Assembly: GCA_046290225.1 (NCBI GenBank) | Contig: JBKAGE010000075.1 | Coordinates: 192,001 to 256,000, forward strand | DNA length: 64,000 bases | Origin: Bradymonadia bacterium | GTDB lineage: Bacteria > Myxococcota_A > Bradymonadia > UBA7976 > UBA1532 | Reading direction: 5' to 3' | Part shown: positions 55,436-64,000 of the stretch, in pieces | How positions within the stretch are numbered: position 1 is the stretch's first letter | Layout: each line of letters starts with the position of its first letter | Notes under the pieces: generated by a model | Told to the model about the DNA's origin: nothing | What the model saw: the letters and a program-made list of their open reading frames with translations, nothing else | Databases searched by the model: none | Made by a program: the position numbers and the translations under genes

Positions 55436-56710
55436 TTATTGCGGCTTCACGAAGTTCAGGCGGCCGAACCGCTTGAGGGCGTGAAAGTCGGGTACGATGG
55501 GCGGAGAGAAGGCCGAGGCCACCTGCCGACCGCTCTTGGGCTTGTCCCACCGGAACAGGTTCACCCGCCAGTGCTGACCATGGGCGAGGGGATTCATGGC
55601 CCCAGGGACCTCGGCGATGGGGATGGCCATCTCCACCGAGTAACTGCGATCGCGATCGTCTCGCTTGTTGACGGTGCCGTCCACGTGCACGGCGGTCTCG
55701 AAGCCCTTCATGTTCCAGGCCCGGGCTGTGGCGAGATCGCTCCGGTGACGGGCGAACCGGGCGTCGAATACGACGTTGGCAGGGGTGACCTGCAACTCGA
55801 GGTAGTCCTTGGCGTCGCCGTCGGCGTCGATGAACAGCTCGATGACTTCCTGCTCCCAGGTGTTGCTGTCGCGATCGGTGAAGTCGCTCCACACATCTTC
55901 ATCTTCGGCAAAGACGCCGACGTAGAGGTGAGTGTCACTCCAGAGGAATCGCGCCCGGGTCTTGGGCGAGGGCGCGCCCCGGCCTCGAGGATCGGTCCAG
56001 TAAGGGGTCCAGACCGCTCGGGACCAGGCGGCCTCGTTCATCTGCCCGTCGAGGGTGATGGTCTCACCGGGGTTCAGCGCCGTGGCAGAGGCCGAGGGGA
56101 GCTTAGGTTTGGCCCGGGGATCACCCTTGATCTTCACCTTGGCGCCGAGGACTCGGCCTTCCTTGTCGTGGGGCACCGCGTCGATGTTGGAGATCTTGAG
56201 CCGGTGGTTGCCCCGCCACAGCCCCCAATAGAGGCCTGCATCACCGGGGGTGAAGTCGGGGCGGATGGTGAAGGTCTGCACGTCTTTGACGATTTGACCC
56301 TTCTTGAGCTTGCGCAGTGGCAAGAGCCCCTCGACGGGGTGGTGATCGAGGTTCATCCACGCCTGAGAGTCGTTCGGGCGCCCCTGCAAGTGCACGAAGA
56401 GCATGTTGTCTTCACGACCATCCACCAGGGCCTCGATGTACCAGGTCACCGTCAGCTGATCGCCGGGCTTGAACTCGGTCCGATCGAGGTCGAGGCCGAT
56501 GAGCTTCACCTGATCTTCGATGATGGCGCCGATGGGGAATTTGGGCGTTGGCGCTTCGGAGAGCAGGTGGGCGTCGACCTTCTTCTGCTGTGCAGGGGTG
56601 ATGGTGGCCTCAAGGTGCTCCGAGCAGCCCGAGGTCATGAGCGCCCCAGCCCCTGTCACGAGAGAGCCGATGAGCAGGCCACGGGTGAAGAGAGGCGAAA
56701 GACCGACCAT
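55436..56710 (-). CDS. Lipoprotein with carbohydrate-binding family 9-like domain
   Basis: TSGC lipobox; ITLDGQMNEAAW, TRARFLWSDTHLY, EVIELFID, YSVEMAIP, WRVNLFR, PDFH. Confidence 0.8.
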   Translation of the reverse strand: MVGLSPLFTRGLLIGSLVTGAGALMTSGCSEHLEATITPAQQKKVDAHLLSEAPTPKFPIGAIIEDQVKLIGLDLDRTEFKPGDQLTVTWYIEALVDGREDNMLFVHLQGRPNDSQAWMNLDHHPVEGLLPLRKLKKGQIVKDVQTFTIRPDFTPGDAGLYWGLWRGNHRLKISNIDAVPHDKEGRVLGAKVKIKGDPRAKPKLPSASATALNPGETITLDGQMNEAAWSRAVWTPYWTDPRGRGAPSPKTRARFLWSDTHLYVGVFAEDEDVWSDFTDRDSNTWEQEVIELFIDADGDAKDYLELQVTPANVVFDARFARHRSDLATARAWNMKGFETAVHVDGTVNKRDDRDRSYSVEMAIPIAEVPGAMNPLAHGQHWRVNLFRWDKPKSGRQVASAFSPPIVPDFHALKRFGRLNFVKPQ

Positions 56711-56791
56711 GTGATGTTCTCCGATGGGCCCCGGTGGTACGGGCACGGGACTGTAGTCTCATGTGAGACAGGGGTGCAAGAGTTTGCACAC

Positions 56792-57403
56792 TCACGGCAC
56801 GGGGAGTGGCCGGGCGCCCTCGACGTGGAAGACGAGCTCCATCTGCTCGGTGTGGGGGTCCTGTCGCAGCTCGATGCGGTGATTCAGCTCGGACCAGACT
56901 TCTCCGCTGTATCTCGGGTGGTCGAGGGCCTTGCCATCTTGCAGCTTTGCCCGAGCGGCCTCGAAGAGTGCATCTCGGCGTACGGGGTGGCTGTATCGAG
57001 GATCGAGGTGCAGCGTGATCGACCGTACGCGGCGGGCGTCATCGATCAGATAAGTCACCAGAGGGAACGCCCCACCAGGATAGCGGCCCTGCAAGATGCG
57101 ACTGCTCACTGGTGAGCGGGTGATCTCGCGATGTCCGTCGGTGACGGCGGAGACCGGATCGCCGGGCCGGGCCACTGCCGGTGGGGGCGGGTTGGGCAGG
57201 CTCTTGAAGATCTCCGTTGGGCTCTGGGGCACATCCTGGGGTGGGGCGGCGTCTGGTGGCCCTGCGTCGAGGCTCTTCTTCTTCGCCGCCTCGGCCTCGG
57301 GCTCATCGCTGCAGCCTGCAACGAGAGCCATCAGGGCCACCAGAGCAAGGAGGAGCACGTTGCGTCGGGTGGACCCTGGACCTATGCTCAGCGGCCCCCG
57401 CAC
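56792..57403 (-). CDS. Hypothetical lipoprotein
   Basis: 3' part of ORF 56792..59065: RRNVLLLALVALMALVAGC lipobox; start uncertain (GTG at 57403 or 57358). Confidence 0.6.
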   Translation of the reverse strand: MRGPLSIGPGSTRRNVLLLALVALMALVAGCSDEPEAEAAKKKSLDAGPPDAAPPQDVPQSPTEIFKSLPNPPPPAVARPGDPVSAVTDGHREITRSPVSSRILQGRYPGGAFPLVTYLIDDARRVRSITLHLDPRYSHPVRRDALFEAARAKLQDGKALDHPRYSGEVWSELNHRIELRQDPHTEQMELVFHVEGARPLPVP

Positions 57404-57430
57404 CAGCGCTCGCGGGGAGGAGGAAGCCAG

Positions 57431-58825
57431 ATGTCGGATCGCATACATTTCATCGGGATCGGGGGCATCGGGGTCAGCGCCGTGGCCCGCGTGCTGCACC
57501 AGCAGGGTCACAGCGTCCAAGGGTCCGACGTCCGGGAGAGCCAGCTCACAGAGGGCCTCAGGGCCTTGGGGATCCCCGTGACCATCGGCCATGCCCGGGA
57601 GAACATCGAGGGGGCCTCGGTGGTGGTGCACTCCACAGCGGTGCCTCAGGACAACCTCGAGCGGGTGGCCGCTCGGGAGACCGGCGTGCCCGAGGCACAC
57701 CGCAGCGAGATGCTCGGCAAGTGCATCGGCGCCGCCGCAGACTCCGTGGGTGTCACAGGGACGCATGGCAAGGGCACCGTTTCGGCCATGATCACCCACG
57801 GACTGATCTGTGCTGGCAAAGACCCGACCTTCGTCATTGGTGGCCTGCTCAACAATTACCGGACGAACGCCCGCGCCGGAGAGGGCCCCGTCGCCGTCGC
57901 CGAAGTCGACGAGAGTGATCGCAGTCACCTGAACCTCACGCCCAATCATGTGGTGGTCAACAACCTCGAAGTCGATCACCTCAACTTCTATTCTGATCTC
58001 GATGACATCATCGGCACGATGGCCCGTTTCATCGAAGGGAATCCGCACCTGCAGACGCTGGCGCTCAACTGGGATGACACCGGTGTGCGTCAGCTGGCGA
58101 GTCGCCTGAGCCCCGAGTTGAAGGCGCGGGTGCTGCGCTATGGCACTGATCTGGTCGACGCCGAGGGGGCAGAACTGCACTTCGCCGCCCGTTCGGTGGA
58201 AGACCTGGGTGACAGGGTCAGGTTCGAGGCGTGGGCGCACAATGAGCGCCTCGGCGAGATTACGTTGCCGATCCCCGGAGCCTACAACGCGGACAACGCC
58301 GCTGGTGCCCTGGCCATCACCCTCGGCGCCCTGGGCCTGAGCTTCGAGCAGATGCAGCAGGCCCTCGACACCTATCAGGGCCTGGAGAACCGCTTCACGG
58401 TGCGCCGAGCCGGCGGCCTCACCCTCGTCAAGGACTACATCTCTCACCCCACGGGCATGCGCCGAGTGCTGCAGAGCGCCCGGAAGATCCCCCACGGCAA
58501 GGTGTGGTGTGTCTTCAAGCCCTACCGGTTCACGCTGATGCGCTACCACGGTGAGGAGTACGCCGAGGCTTTCACCCTCGCCGACGATGTGGTGATCACC
58601 ACGATGTACGCCGCGGAGGAGCGCCCCATCGACGGCATCGACACTGAGTGGTTTGTCGACGTGCTCCGAAAGGGTGGCAACACCGTGCATCACGTGCCCG
58701 AAAACGATCAGGTGGTGGGACATCTCACCGGTCGTGTGCAGCCCGGAGACATGGTGATCTTCTTCGGTGGCGACGATTTCTTCCGCATGGCCGACGCCTG
58801 GGCCGATGCCCTGGAGGCGCGGTGA
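57431..58825 (+). CDS. murC: MurC-like ligase (UDP-MurNAc:amino acid ligase), divergent
   Basis: IHFIGIGGIGVSAVA, GSD, GTHGK, DPTFVIGG, VAEVDESDRS, NLEVDHL. Confidence 0.8.
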   Translation: MSDRIHFIGIGGIGVSAVARVLHQQGHSVQGSDVRESQLTEGLRALGIPVTIGHARENIEGASVVVHSTAVPQDNLERVAARETGVPEAHRSEMLGKCIGAAADSVGVTGTHGKGTVSAMITHGLICAGKDPTFVIGGLLNNYRTNARAGEGPVAVAEVDESDRSHLNLTPNHVVVNNLEVDHLNFYSDLDDIIGTMARFIEGNPHLQTLALNWDDTGVRQLASRLSPELKARVLRYGTDLVDAEGAELHFAARSVEDLGDRVRFEAWAHNERLGEITLPIPGAYNADNAAGALAITLGALGLSFEQMQQALDTYQGLENRFTVRRAGGLTLVKDYISHPTGMRRVLQSARKIPHGKVWCVFKPYRFTLMRYHGEEYAEAFTLADDVVITTMYAAEERPIDGIDTEWFVDVLRKGGNTVHHVPENDQVVGHLTGRVQPGDMVIFFGGDDFFRMADAWADALEAR

Positions 58826-60186
58826 GCCCGCTCTGGCCCAAAGATCGCGCCGAGCAACGTGAGCCCCTGGATCCCTCCGCCCTCGTCGGGGAGATCGTGG
58901 CGGTCTGGGGGGCCGCTCGGAGTGGTCGCGCCGCCGCCAATCTGCTGCAGAAGATCGGTGCCCACGTGGTGCTCTCCGACAACCGGCCGGAGTCCGAGCT
59001 CGATCTGGAGGGGATTCACCCCGAGGTAGAGGTGCGTGGGGGTGGCAACGTGCTCGCAGGGGCACGCTGGCTGGTGCCCAGCCCGGGCATTCGCCCTGGG
59101 GCCAAGATCCTCGAAGGGCTCGAGGGCGTCCGATTGATCAGCGAGATCGAGCTCGCCGCTGCCGTGGCACAGGCTCCCGTGGTGGCCATCACCGGCACAG
59201 ATGGCAAGAGCACCACCACGTTGATGTGCGCTGCGGCCATTCGCGGTGCTGGGCGGCCTGTAGTCGTCGCCGGAAACATCGGAGATCCGCTCTGTGATCA
59301 CATCCACGATGTGGGGCCCGATGGCGTGGTTGTGGCTGAAGTGAGCGCCTTTCAGCTGTGGTCTTGTGGGCACTTTCGCCCCCAGGTGGCCATCATCACC
59401 AACGTCGCTGAAGATCACGGCGACTACTTCGACCACGATCGATCTGCCTATGCCCTGGCCAAGGCACGCCTGCTCTGGGATCTCGAGCCTGGCGATACGG
59501 CGATCCTTCGGCGAGACGATCAAGTGGTCTGGTCAATGCCCAACAACCCTGGGGTGGCCCAGGTGGGGTTCTCGATTCACCCTCAAGCTGAGGGCTGGGG
59601 CTATGCCGAGGGCCAAATCACCCTTGACGGCCATCCGGTGATGCCCGACACGGCCGTGCCTGCTCCAGGCGTGCACAATGTGGCCAACGCACAGGCCGCC
59701 CTCGCTGCGGGTCTGGCCCTCGGGCTGCCCCTCGACGGCCTGATCGCAGGCCTCGCTGACTTCGAAGGTTTACCCCACCGGCTGCAGCCTGTGGCAGAGA
59801 TCGCCGGCGTCTCGTGGTTCGACGATTCGAAAGCCACCAATCCCCACGCCGCCGCTGTGGGTTTGCGCTCGCTGCCCGGCCCCATCGTGGCCGTGGTGGG
59901 GGGCTACGACAAAGGCCTCGATCTCGACCTGATGGTGCAGGCGCTTCACGCGCAGGCGCGGGCGGTCATCTACATGGGCCCCGCGGGGCAGCGTGTGGCC
60001 GAGGCGCTGGGTGAGGGGCTGCCGCTGTATCCCGCCGAAGACATGACTTCGGCGGTCGAGCAGGCGCAGCGCCTTGCACAGCCTGGAGATCAGGTGGTGT
60101 TGTCACCGGGGGCATCTTCATTTGACGCGTACACGTCATATGCCCACCGTGGGCGGGATTTTCAGCGCGCCGTGAAGGCGCTCTGA
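58822..60186 (+). CDS. murD: UDP-MurNAc-L-Ala:D-Glu ligase
   Basis: SPGI, ITGTDGKSTT, GNIG, EVSAFQL, GLPHRL, DDSKATN, LSPGASSFDAYTSYAHRG. Confidence 0.9.
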   Translation: MSPLWPKDRAEQREPLDPSALVGEIVAVWGAARSGRAAANLLQKIGAHVVLSDNRPESELDLEGIHPEVEVRGGGNVLAGARWLVPSPGIRPGAKILEGLEGVRLISEIELAAAVAQAPVVAITGTDGKSTTTLMCAAAIRGAGRPVVVAGNIGDPLCDHIHDVGPDGVVVAEVSAFQLWSCGHFRPQVAIITNVAEDHGDYFDHDRSAYALAKARLLWDLEPGDTAILRRDDQVVWSMPNNPGVAQVGFSIHPQAEGWGYAEGQITLDGHPVMPDTAVPAPGVHNVANAQAALAAGLALGLPLDGLIAGLADFEGLPHRLQPVAEIAGVSWFDDSKATNPHAAAVGLRSLPGPIVAVVGGYDKGLDLDLMVQALHAQARAVIYMGPAGQRVAEALGEGLPLYPAEDMTSAVEQAQRLAQPGDQVVLSPGASSFDAYTSYAHRGRDFQRAVKAL

Positions 60187-60203
60187 ACGAGAGCGCTGAA
60201 GGA

Positions 60204-60419
60204 TCAGTCTTCGTCCATGGTGGCAACGACCTGACCCTCGGTCACGGCCTCGCCCTCTTTGACCTTGATGGCCGTGAGGGTGCCGTCGGCGGGGGCTTCG
60301 ATGGGCATCTCCATCTTCATGGACTCGAGGATGATGATCACGTCGTCTTCTTCCACCTCGTCGCCCACCTGAGCTTCAATCTTCCACACTGTGCCGGTGA
60401 TGTGCGCCTTGATGTCCAT
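60204..60419 (-). CDS. Biotin carboxyl carrier protein (stand-alone, 71 aa)
   Basis: ILESMKMEMPI biotinylation motif. Confidence 0.88.
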   Translation of the reverse strand: MDIKAHITGTVWKIEAQVGDEVEEDDVIIILESMKMEMPIEAPADGTLTAIKVKEGEAVTEGQVVATMDED

Positions 60420-60429
60420 GGATCTCCCT

Positions 60430-61785
60430 TCATTTACCCTTGGCGAAACGCTCCAGCCACGTGGTGTCGAAGTCGGCTGTCGCGAAGGTCTCTGTGTCCA
60501 ATACTCGGCGGAGGAAGTCCACATTGTTGGACACCCCCTCGATCTGAAAGTCACCCAGCGCTGTCTGGGTACGGGCCGTGGCCGCCTCACGGGTCTCGTG
60601 GTGCACCGTGAGCTTGGCCAGCATCGGATCGTAGTATGGGGTCACCGTCTGATCGGCCCTGTACCCGGCATCGACGCGCACACCCTCGCCCTCGGGGGGT
60701 GAGAAGGCGGTCAGGTGACCCGGGCTGGGCATGAACTTCCGATCCGGATCCTCTGCGTAGATGCGGCACTCGATGGAGGCGCCCTGGATGCCCACCTCGT
60801 CTTGCTGAATTGTCAGTGCTTCACCTGCCGCGATGTCCAGCTGCCAGCCGATGATGTCCACACCGGTGATGGCCTCGGTGACAGGGTGTTCCACCTGCAG
60901 ACGGGTGTTCATCTCGATGAAGTAGAAGCTGCCGTCGGGGGCGACGATGAACTCCACTGTGCCGGCGTTGTGGTAGCCGATGGCCTGGGCGAGCTTGACC
61001 GCCGCCTCGGTGAGGCCAGCGCGGAGCTCGGGGTGCGCGCTGGCGAAAGGCGAGGGGGCTTCTTCGATCACCTTCTGATGGCGTCGTTGCAGGGTACACT
61101 CCCGCTCGAACAGATGCACGACATGACCATGATGATCAGCGAGGATCTGCACCTCGATATGCCTTGGCCGCTCCACGAACTTCTCGAGGTAGACCTCGGG
61201 GTTGGCAAAGCTGCTGCGCCCGCGATCACGACACGAGGCGAGGCCCCGAGCGAGCCTCTCGGGCTTCTTCACCACGGTCATGCCGATGCCTCCACCACCA
61301 CCGGCTGCCTTAATCAGCACGGGGTAGCCGATCTCCTCGGCGATGGCTGCGGCCTCGTCGTCGTTCACTGGTCCAGGTGAGCCAGGGACCACAGGTACGC
61401 CGGCCTCGGCGGCGATGGCCCGGGCCTTGGCTTTGTCGCCCATGGCGTCGATGGCCTCGGGGGTGGGTCCGATGAAGGTGATGCCCGCGTCGGTGAGCCG
61501 CTTGCAGAAGCCAGTGTTCTCGGAGAGCAGACCATAGCCCGGGTGCACGGCGTCCACGCCCAGGCGGGCGCATGCCTCGAGGATGGCGTCCTGGTCGAGG
61601 TAGCTGTCCTTCACCGGGGGCGGCCCCACGCAGACGGCCTCGTCGGCGGCGTGGCGGTGGGGCGCATCGGCATCAGCTTCGGAGTAGATCGCCACGGAGG
61701 GGATCCCCCGGGCCTTCAGGACCTCGGCGATGCGGCAGGCGATCTCGCCGCGGTTGGCGATCAGGACCTTCTTGAACATGGGCAT
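60430..61785 (-). CDS. accC: Biotin carboxylase subunit of an acyl-CoA carboxylase
   Basis: KVLIANRGEIA, HPGYG, KAAGGGGG, ERECTLQRRHQK, EMNTRLQVEHPVTE, YYDPMLAK. Confidence 0.9.
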   Translation of the reverse strand: MPMFKKVLIANRGEIACRIAEVLKARGIPSVAIYSEADADAPHRHAADEAVCVGPPPVKDSYLDQDAILEACARLGVDAVHPGYGLLSENTGFCKRLTDAGITFIGPTPEAIDAMGDKAKARAIAAEAGVPVVPGSPGPVNDDEAAAIAEEIGYPVLIKAAGGGGGIGMTVVKKPERLARGLASCRDRGRSSFANPEVYLEKFVERPRHIEVQILADHHGHVVHLFERECTLQRRHQKVIEEAPSPFASAHPELRAGLTEAAVKLAQAIGYHNAGTVEFIVAPDGSFYFIEMNTRLQVEHPVTEAITGVDIIGWQLDIAAGEALTIQQDEVGIQGASIECRIYAEDPDRKFMPSPGHLTAFSPPEGEGVRVDAGYRADQTVTPYYDPMLAKLTVHHETREAATARTQTALGDFQIEGVSNNVDFLRRVLDTETFATADFDTTWLERFAKGK

Positions 61786-61881
61786 GGGCTCTCGCGGTTG
61801 AGGCGGGTGTGATCGCCCGCTGGGTGTGACGTTCTGACGTGTTTGACACATGCGCGCCAGAGCAGCAATCAAGTCCTGGCC

Positions 61882-62421
61882 TCACAGGCCCTTTAGCAAC
61901 CCCATGAAGAAGCCTCTGGCGTTGTCCGCAGGTTGGGCACCTCGATACACATAGTCGCATCGCATCTGCCCCAACAGGGGATCTCCGATGGGGGCGCACT
62001 TGGGGTTGTGCAGCCGCCACCACGCCACATCGACGCGAAAGGCTGCCCCTTCACCGGGCCGCTCTGGATCGTCGACGGCCTGAATGGTGGCCTGGAACAA
62101 CTGCGGACATTTGGTGCGGGCTGTGTCCTGATCGGACATGGGTCCTTCGATGACAAAGCCGATGGGCCCCGGCCGGGTGTCGGTGAAACTGCGATCCCAG
62201 TGTTGTCCCTGGCGATCTGGAGTTTTGTAGCAAAAGTGCGCAGTGCGTACCTGGTCGGGCCGACGACCTGCTGCATCGAGGGTGATGTGACGGTCGACGA
62301 GGCGTGCCTCGGCAAGGTCGGTGGCCTGTGGCGGGGTGTGCTTGACCCTCACGGTACTCGGGGTGCACCCCCCGAGGCTGACGAGGGCAACGAACGATAG
62401 AGCTGAGGGGAAGATGTGCAT
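61882..62421 (-). CDS. Hypothetical lipoprotein
   Basis: Lipobox LGGC; four further Cys residues. Confidence 0.5.
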   Translation of the reverse strand: MHIFPSALSFVALVSLGGCTPSTVRVKHTPPQATDLAEARLVDRHITLDAAGRRPDQVRTAHFCYKTPDRQGQHWDRSFTDTRPGPIGFVIEGPMSDQDTARTKCPQLFQATIQAVDDPERPGEGAAFRVDVAWWRLHNPKCAPIGDPLLGQMRCDYVYRGAQPADNARGFFMGLLKGL

Positions 62422-62474
62422 GGCTGCACTATGAGCGTTGAGGCGGGTAGATCAAGCGTGGTGGGGCTGTCGGC

Positions 62475-63548
62475 TCAGATCAGCCCCATCTGGCCATCGC
62501 CTCCGGGACCCCCATAGGGTCGACCGAAGTGCTGATAGGCCCGCCGAGTGGCCACGCGACCACGATGGGTGCGCTTCAGGAAGCCCTCTTTGATCAGGTA
62601 GGGCTCGTAGACATCTTCGAGGGCGTCCTTCTCTTCACCGATGGCGGCGGCGAGGGTGTCGAGGCCCACGGGCCCACCCTCGAACTTGTCGATGATGGTG
62701 AGCAGCAGCTGCCTGTCCATGCGATCGAAGCCCGCCTGATCGACCTGCAACTGGTCGAGGGCCCTGGCGGCGACCTCGGCGGTGATGTTGCCGTCGGTGA
62801 GCACGTCGGCGAAGTCCCGCACCCGCCTCAGCAGGCGGTTGGCGATGCGCGGCGTGCCACGGGCCCGGGCGGCGATGGCGTCAGCGGCCTCGGACTCGAT
62901 GGTGGCCCCCATGACCCCCACGGAGCGCATGACGATGTGGCGCAGCTCGGCGAGCGTGTAGAAGTCGAGGTGCTCGACGATGCCGAAGCGATCGCGCATG
63001 GGCGAGGTGAGCAGGCCCGCACGCGTGGTGGCCCCGATCAAGGTGAAGGGCTTGAGCTGAATGGGGTAGCTGCGGGCATACACCCCCTCGCCGATGACCA
63101 CGTCGAACCGACCGTCTTCCATGGCGGGGTAGAGGTTCTCTTCGACAATGGGGCTGAGCCGGTGGATCTCGTCGATGAAGAGCACGTCCTGCTCGTCGAG
63201 GTTGGTTAGGATGCCGGCGAGATCGCCCTTCTTCTCGAGGGCAGGACCGCTGGTGACGTGCAGCCGACTGCCGAGGTGGTTGGCGATGATGTGAGAGAGG
63301 GTGGTCTTGCCGAGGCCTGGGGGGCCGCTGAAGAGCACGTGATCGAGGGCCTCACCCCGGCGCCGCGCGGCCTCTACGTAGACCTTGAGGTTGGCTTTGA
63401 TGCGCTCCTGCCCCACATATTCGTCGAAGTGGGTGGGGCGCAGCGCGTTCTCGAGGCTTTCTTCATTCTGGTTTGCAGCGTCGATGAGGCGCTCGTCGGC
63501 TGCGGTCTTCTTATCACCCTTCTGGGCATCGGGATGGCGTTCGGACAT
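62475..63548 (-). CDS. ruvB: Holliday junction branch migration helicase RuvB
   Basis: [56 protein letters not shown]. Confidence 0.97.
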   Translation of the reverse strand: MSERHPDAQKGDKKTAADERLIDAANQNEESLENALRPTHFDEYVGQERIKANLKVYVEAARRRGEALDHVLFSGPPGLGKTTLSHIIANHLGSRLHVTSGPALEKKGDLAGILTNLDEQDVLFIDEIHRLSPIVEENLYPAMEDGRFDVVIGEGVYARSYPIQLKPFTLIGATTRAGLLTSPMRDRFGIVEHLDFYTLAELRHIVMRSVGVMGATIESEAADAIAARARGTPRIANRLLRRVRDFADVLTDGNITAEVAARALDQLQVDQAGFDRMDRQLLLTIIDKFEGGPVGLDTLAAAIGEEKDALEDVYEPYLIKEGFLKRTHRGRVATRRAYQHFGRPYGGPGGDGQMGLI

Positions 63549-63578
63549 GGGGCCTCCTCACATTGACAGCACTGATCT

Positions 63579-63607
63579 TTGTACGTCTGTTCTGTACGTT
63601 TGTCCAG
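63579..63607. promoter_or_regulatory. Tandem Myxococcus-type LexA (SOS) boxes upstream of ruvB
   Basis: TTGTACGTCTGTTCTG and CTGTACGTTTGTCCAG versus the recalled consensus CTRHAMRYBYGTTCAG (2 and 1 mismatches). Confidence 0.6.
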
Positions 63608-63658
63608 TATGGTGCTTTTTACTCCCTTTCCCTCTCGGCGGCCGCTATTGTCCCGCCC

Positions 63659-64000
63659 ATGCGATACACCAAACTTCTGTTCGTGACCGCCTGTGCTCTG
63701 GGACTCTCCGCCAGCGTCGCCGCTGCCCAGACCACTGATCCCGTAATCAAGCTCATCGACGCCGGAAAGGGCGAGAAGAAGACCCTGCGCTTCGCCGTGA
63801 AGAAGGGCGACAAGCAGTCGATGGACATGGTGATGAAGATGGGCATGGAGACGCAGGTGGGTCCCAACAAGATGCCCAAGATGGATCTCCCCGGCATCAA
63901 GATGACGATGTCCATGGAGGTCCTCGACGTCGCCGCCGAGACCTTCGATTACCAGTTCAAGCTCACCGCCGCCGAGCCCATGAAGTCTTCGGGGCCCATG
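63659..64000 (+). CDS. Exported hypothetical protein, 5' part (DUF6263-like)
   Basis: MRYTKLLFVTACALGLSASVAAAQ...IKLIDAGKGEKKTLRF...; open to the window end. Confidence 0.6.
   Translation, partial: MRYTKLLFVTACALGLSASVAAAQTTDPVIKLIDAGKGEKKTLRFAVKKGDKQSMDMVMKMGMETQVGPNKMPKMDLPGIKMTMSMEVLDVAAETFDYQFKLTAAEPMKSSGPM

Noticed and set aside
57404..59065. N-terminal ~550 aa of the 757-aa minus-strand ORF
   Set aside because: Antisense to murC/murD; only the 3' lipoprotein portion looks real.

Overview
High-GC bacterial chromosomal window, probably from a Myxococcota/deltaproteobacterial lineage. That inference rests on a TIGR04563-type small protein, a MYXO-CTERM-like surface protein, a Myxococcus-type LexA box and HEAT-repeat and Ser/Thr kinase genes. 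The left part (1-27.7 kb) holds housekeeping and envelope genes: dnaE 5' end, ihfB, a GT2/DUF2064/Crp/folC operon, a CPBP protease, LptD-like and AMIN proteins, a kinase, HEAT proteins and a globin-GMC oxidoreductase operon. The centre (27.9-51.2 kb) is a flagellar late-gene cluster: flgFGAHIJMNKL-csrA-fliW, a class I adenylate cyclase, fliS/fliT, then convergent fliD, flaG and three flagellins. Its regulatory sites are readable: sigma54 promoters with a CGTCA-N6-TGACG palindrome, five sigma28-like promoters, and GGA-loop hairpins over the flagellin ribosome-binding sites. The right part has a GGDEF gene, a histidine kinase, a divergent murC-murD pair, biotin carboxylase/BCCP and ruvB. The most unusual non-coding feature is a ~410-bp mirror-symmetric element at 42852-43262, between fliT and fliD, made of CTGTAGCGGACG repeats separated by mini-hairpins; a minimal copy lies at 21177-21210. 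I recognised no rRNA, tRNA, CRISPR array or transposase. All family assignments come from motif recognition by eye; no database search was run.
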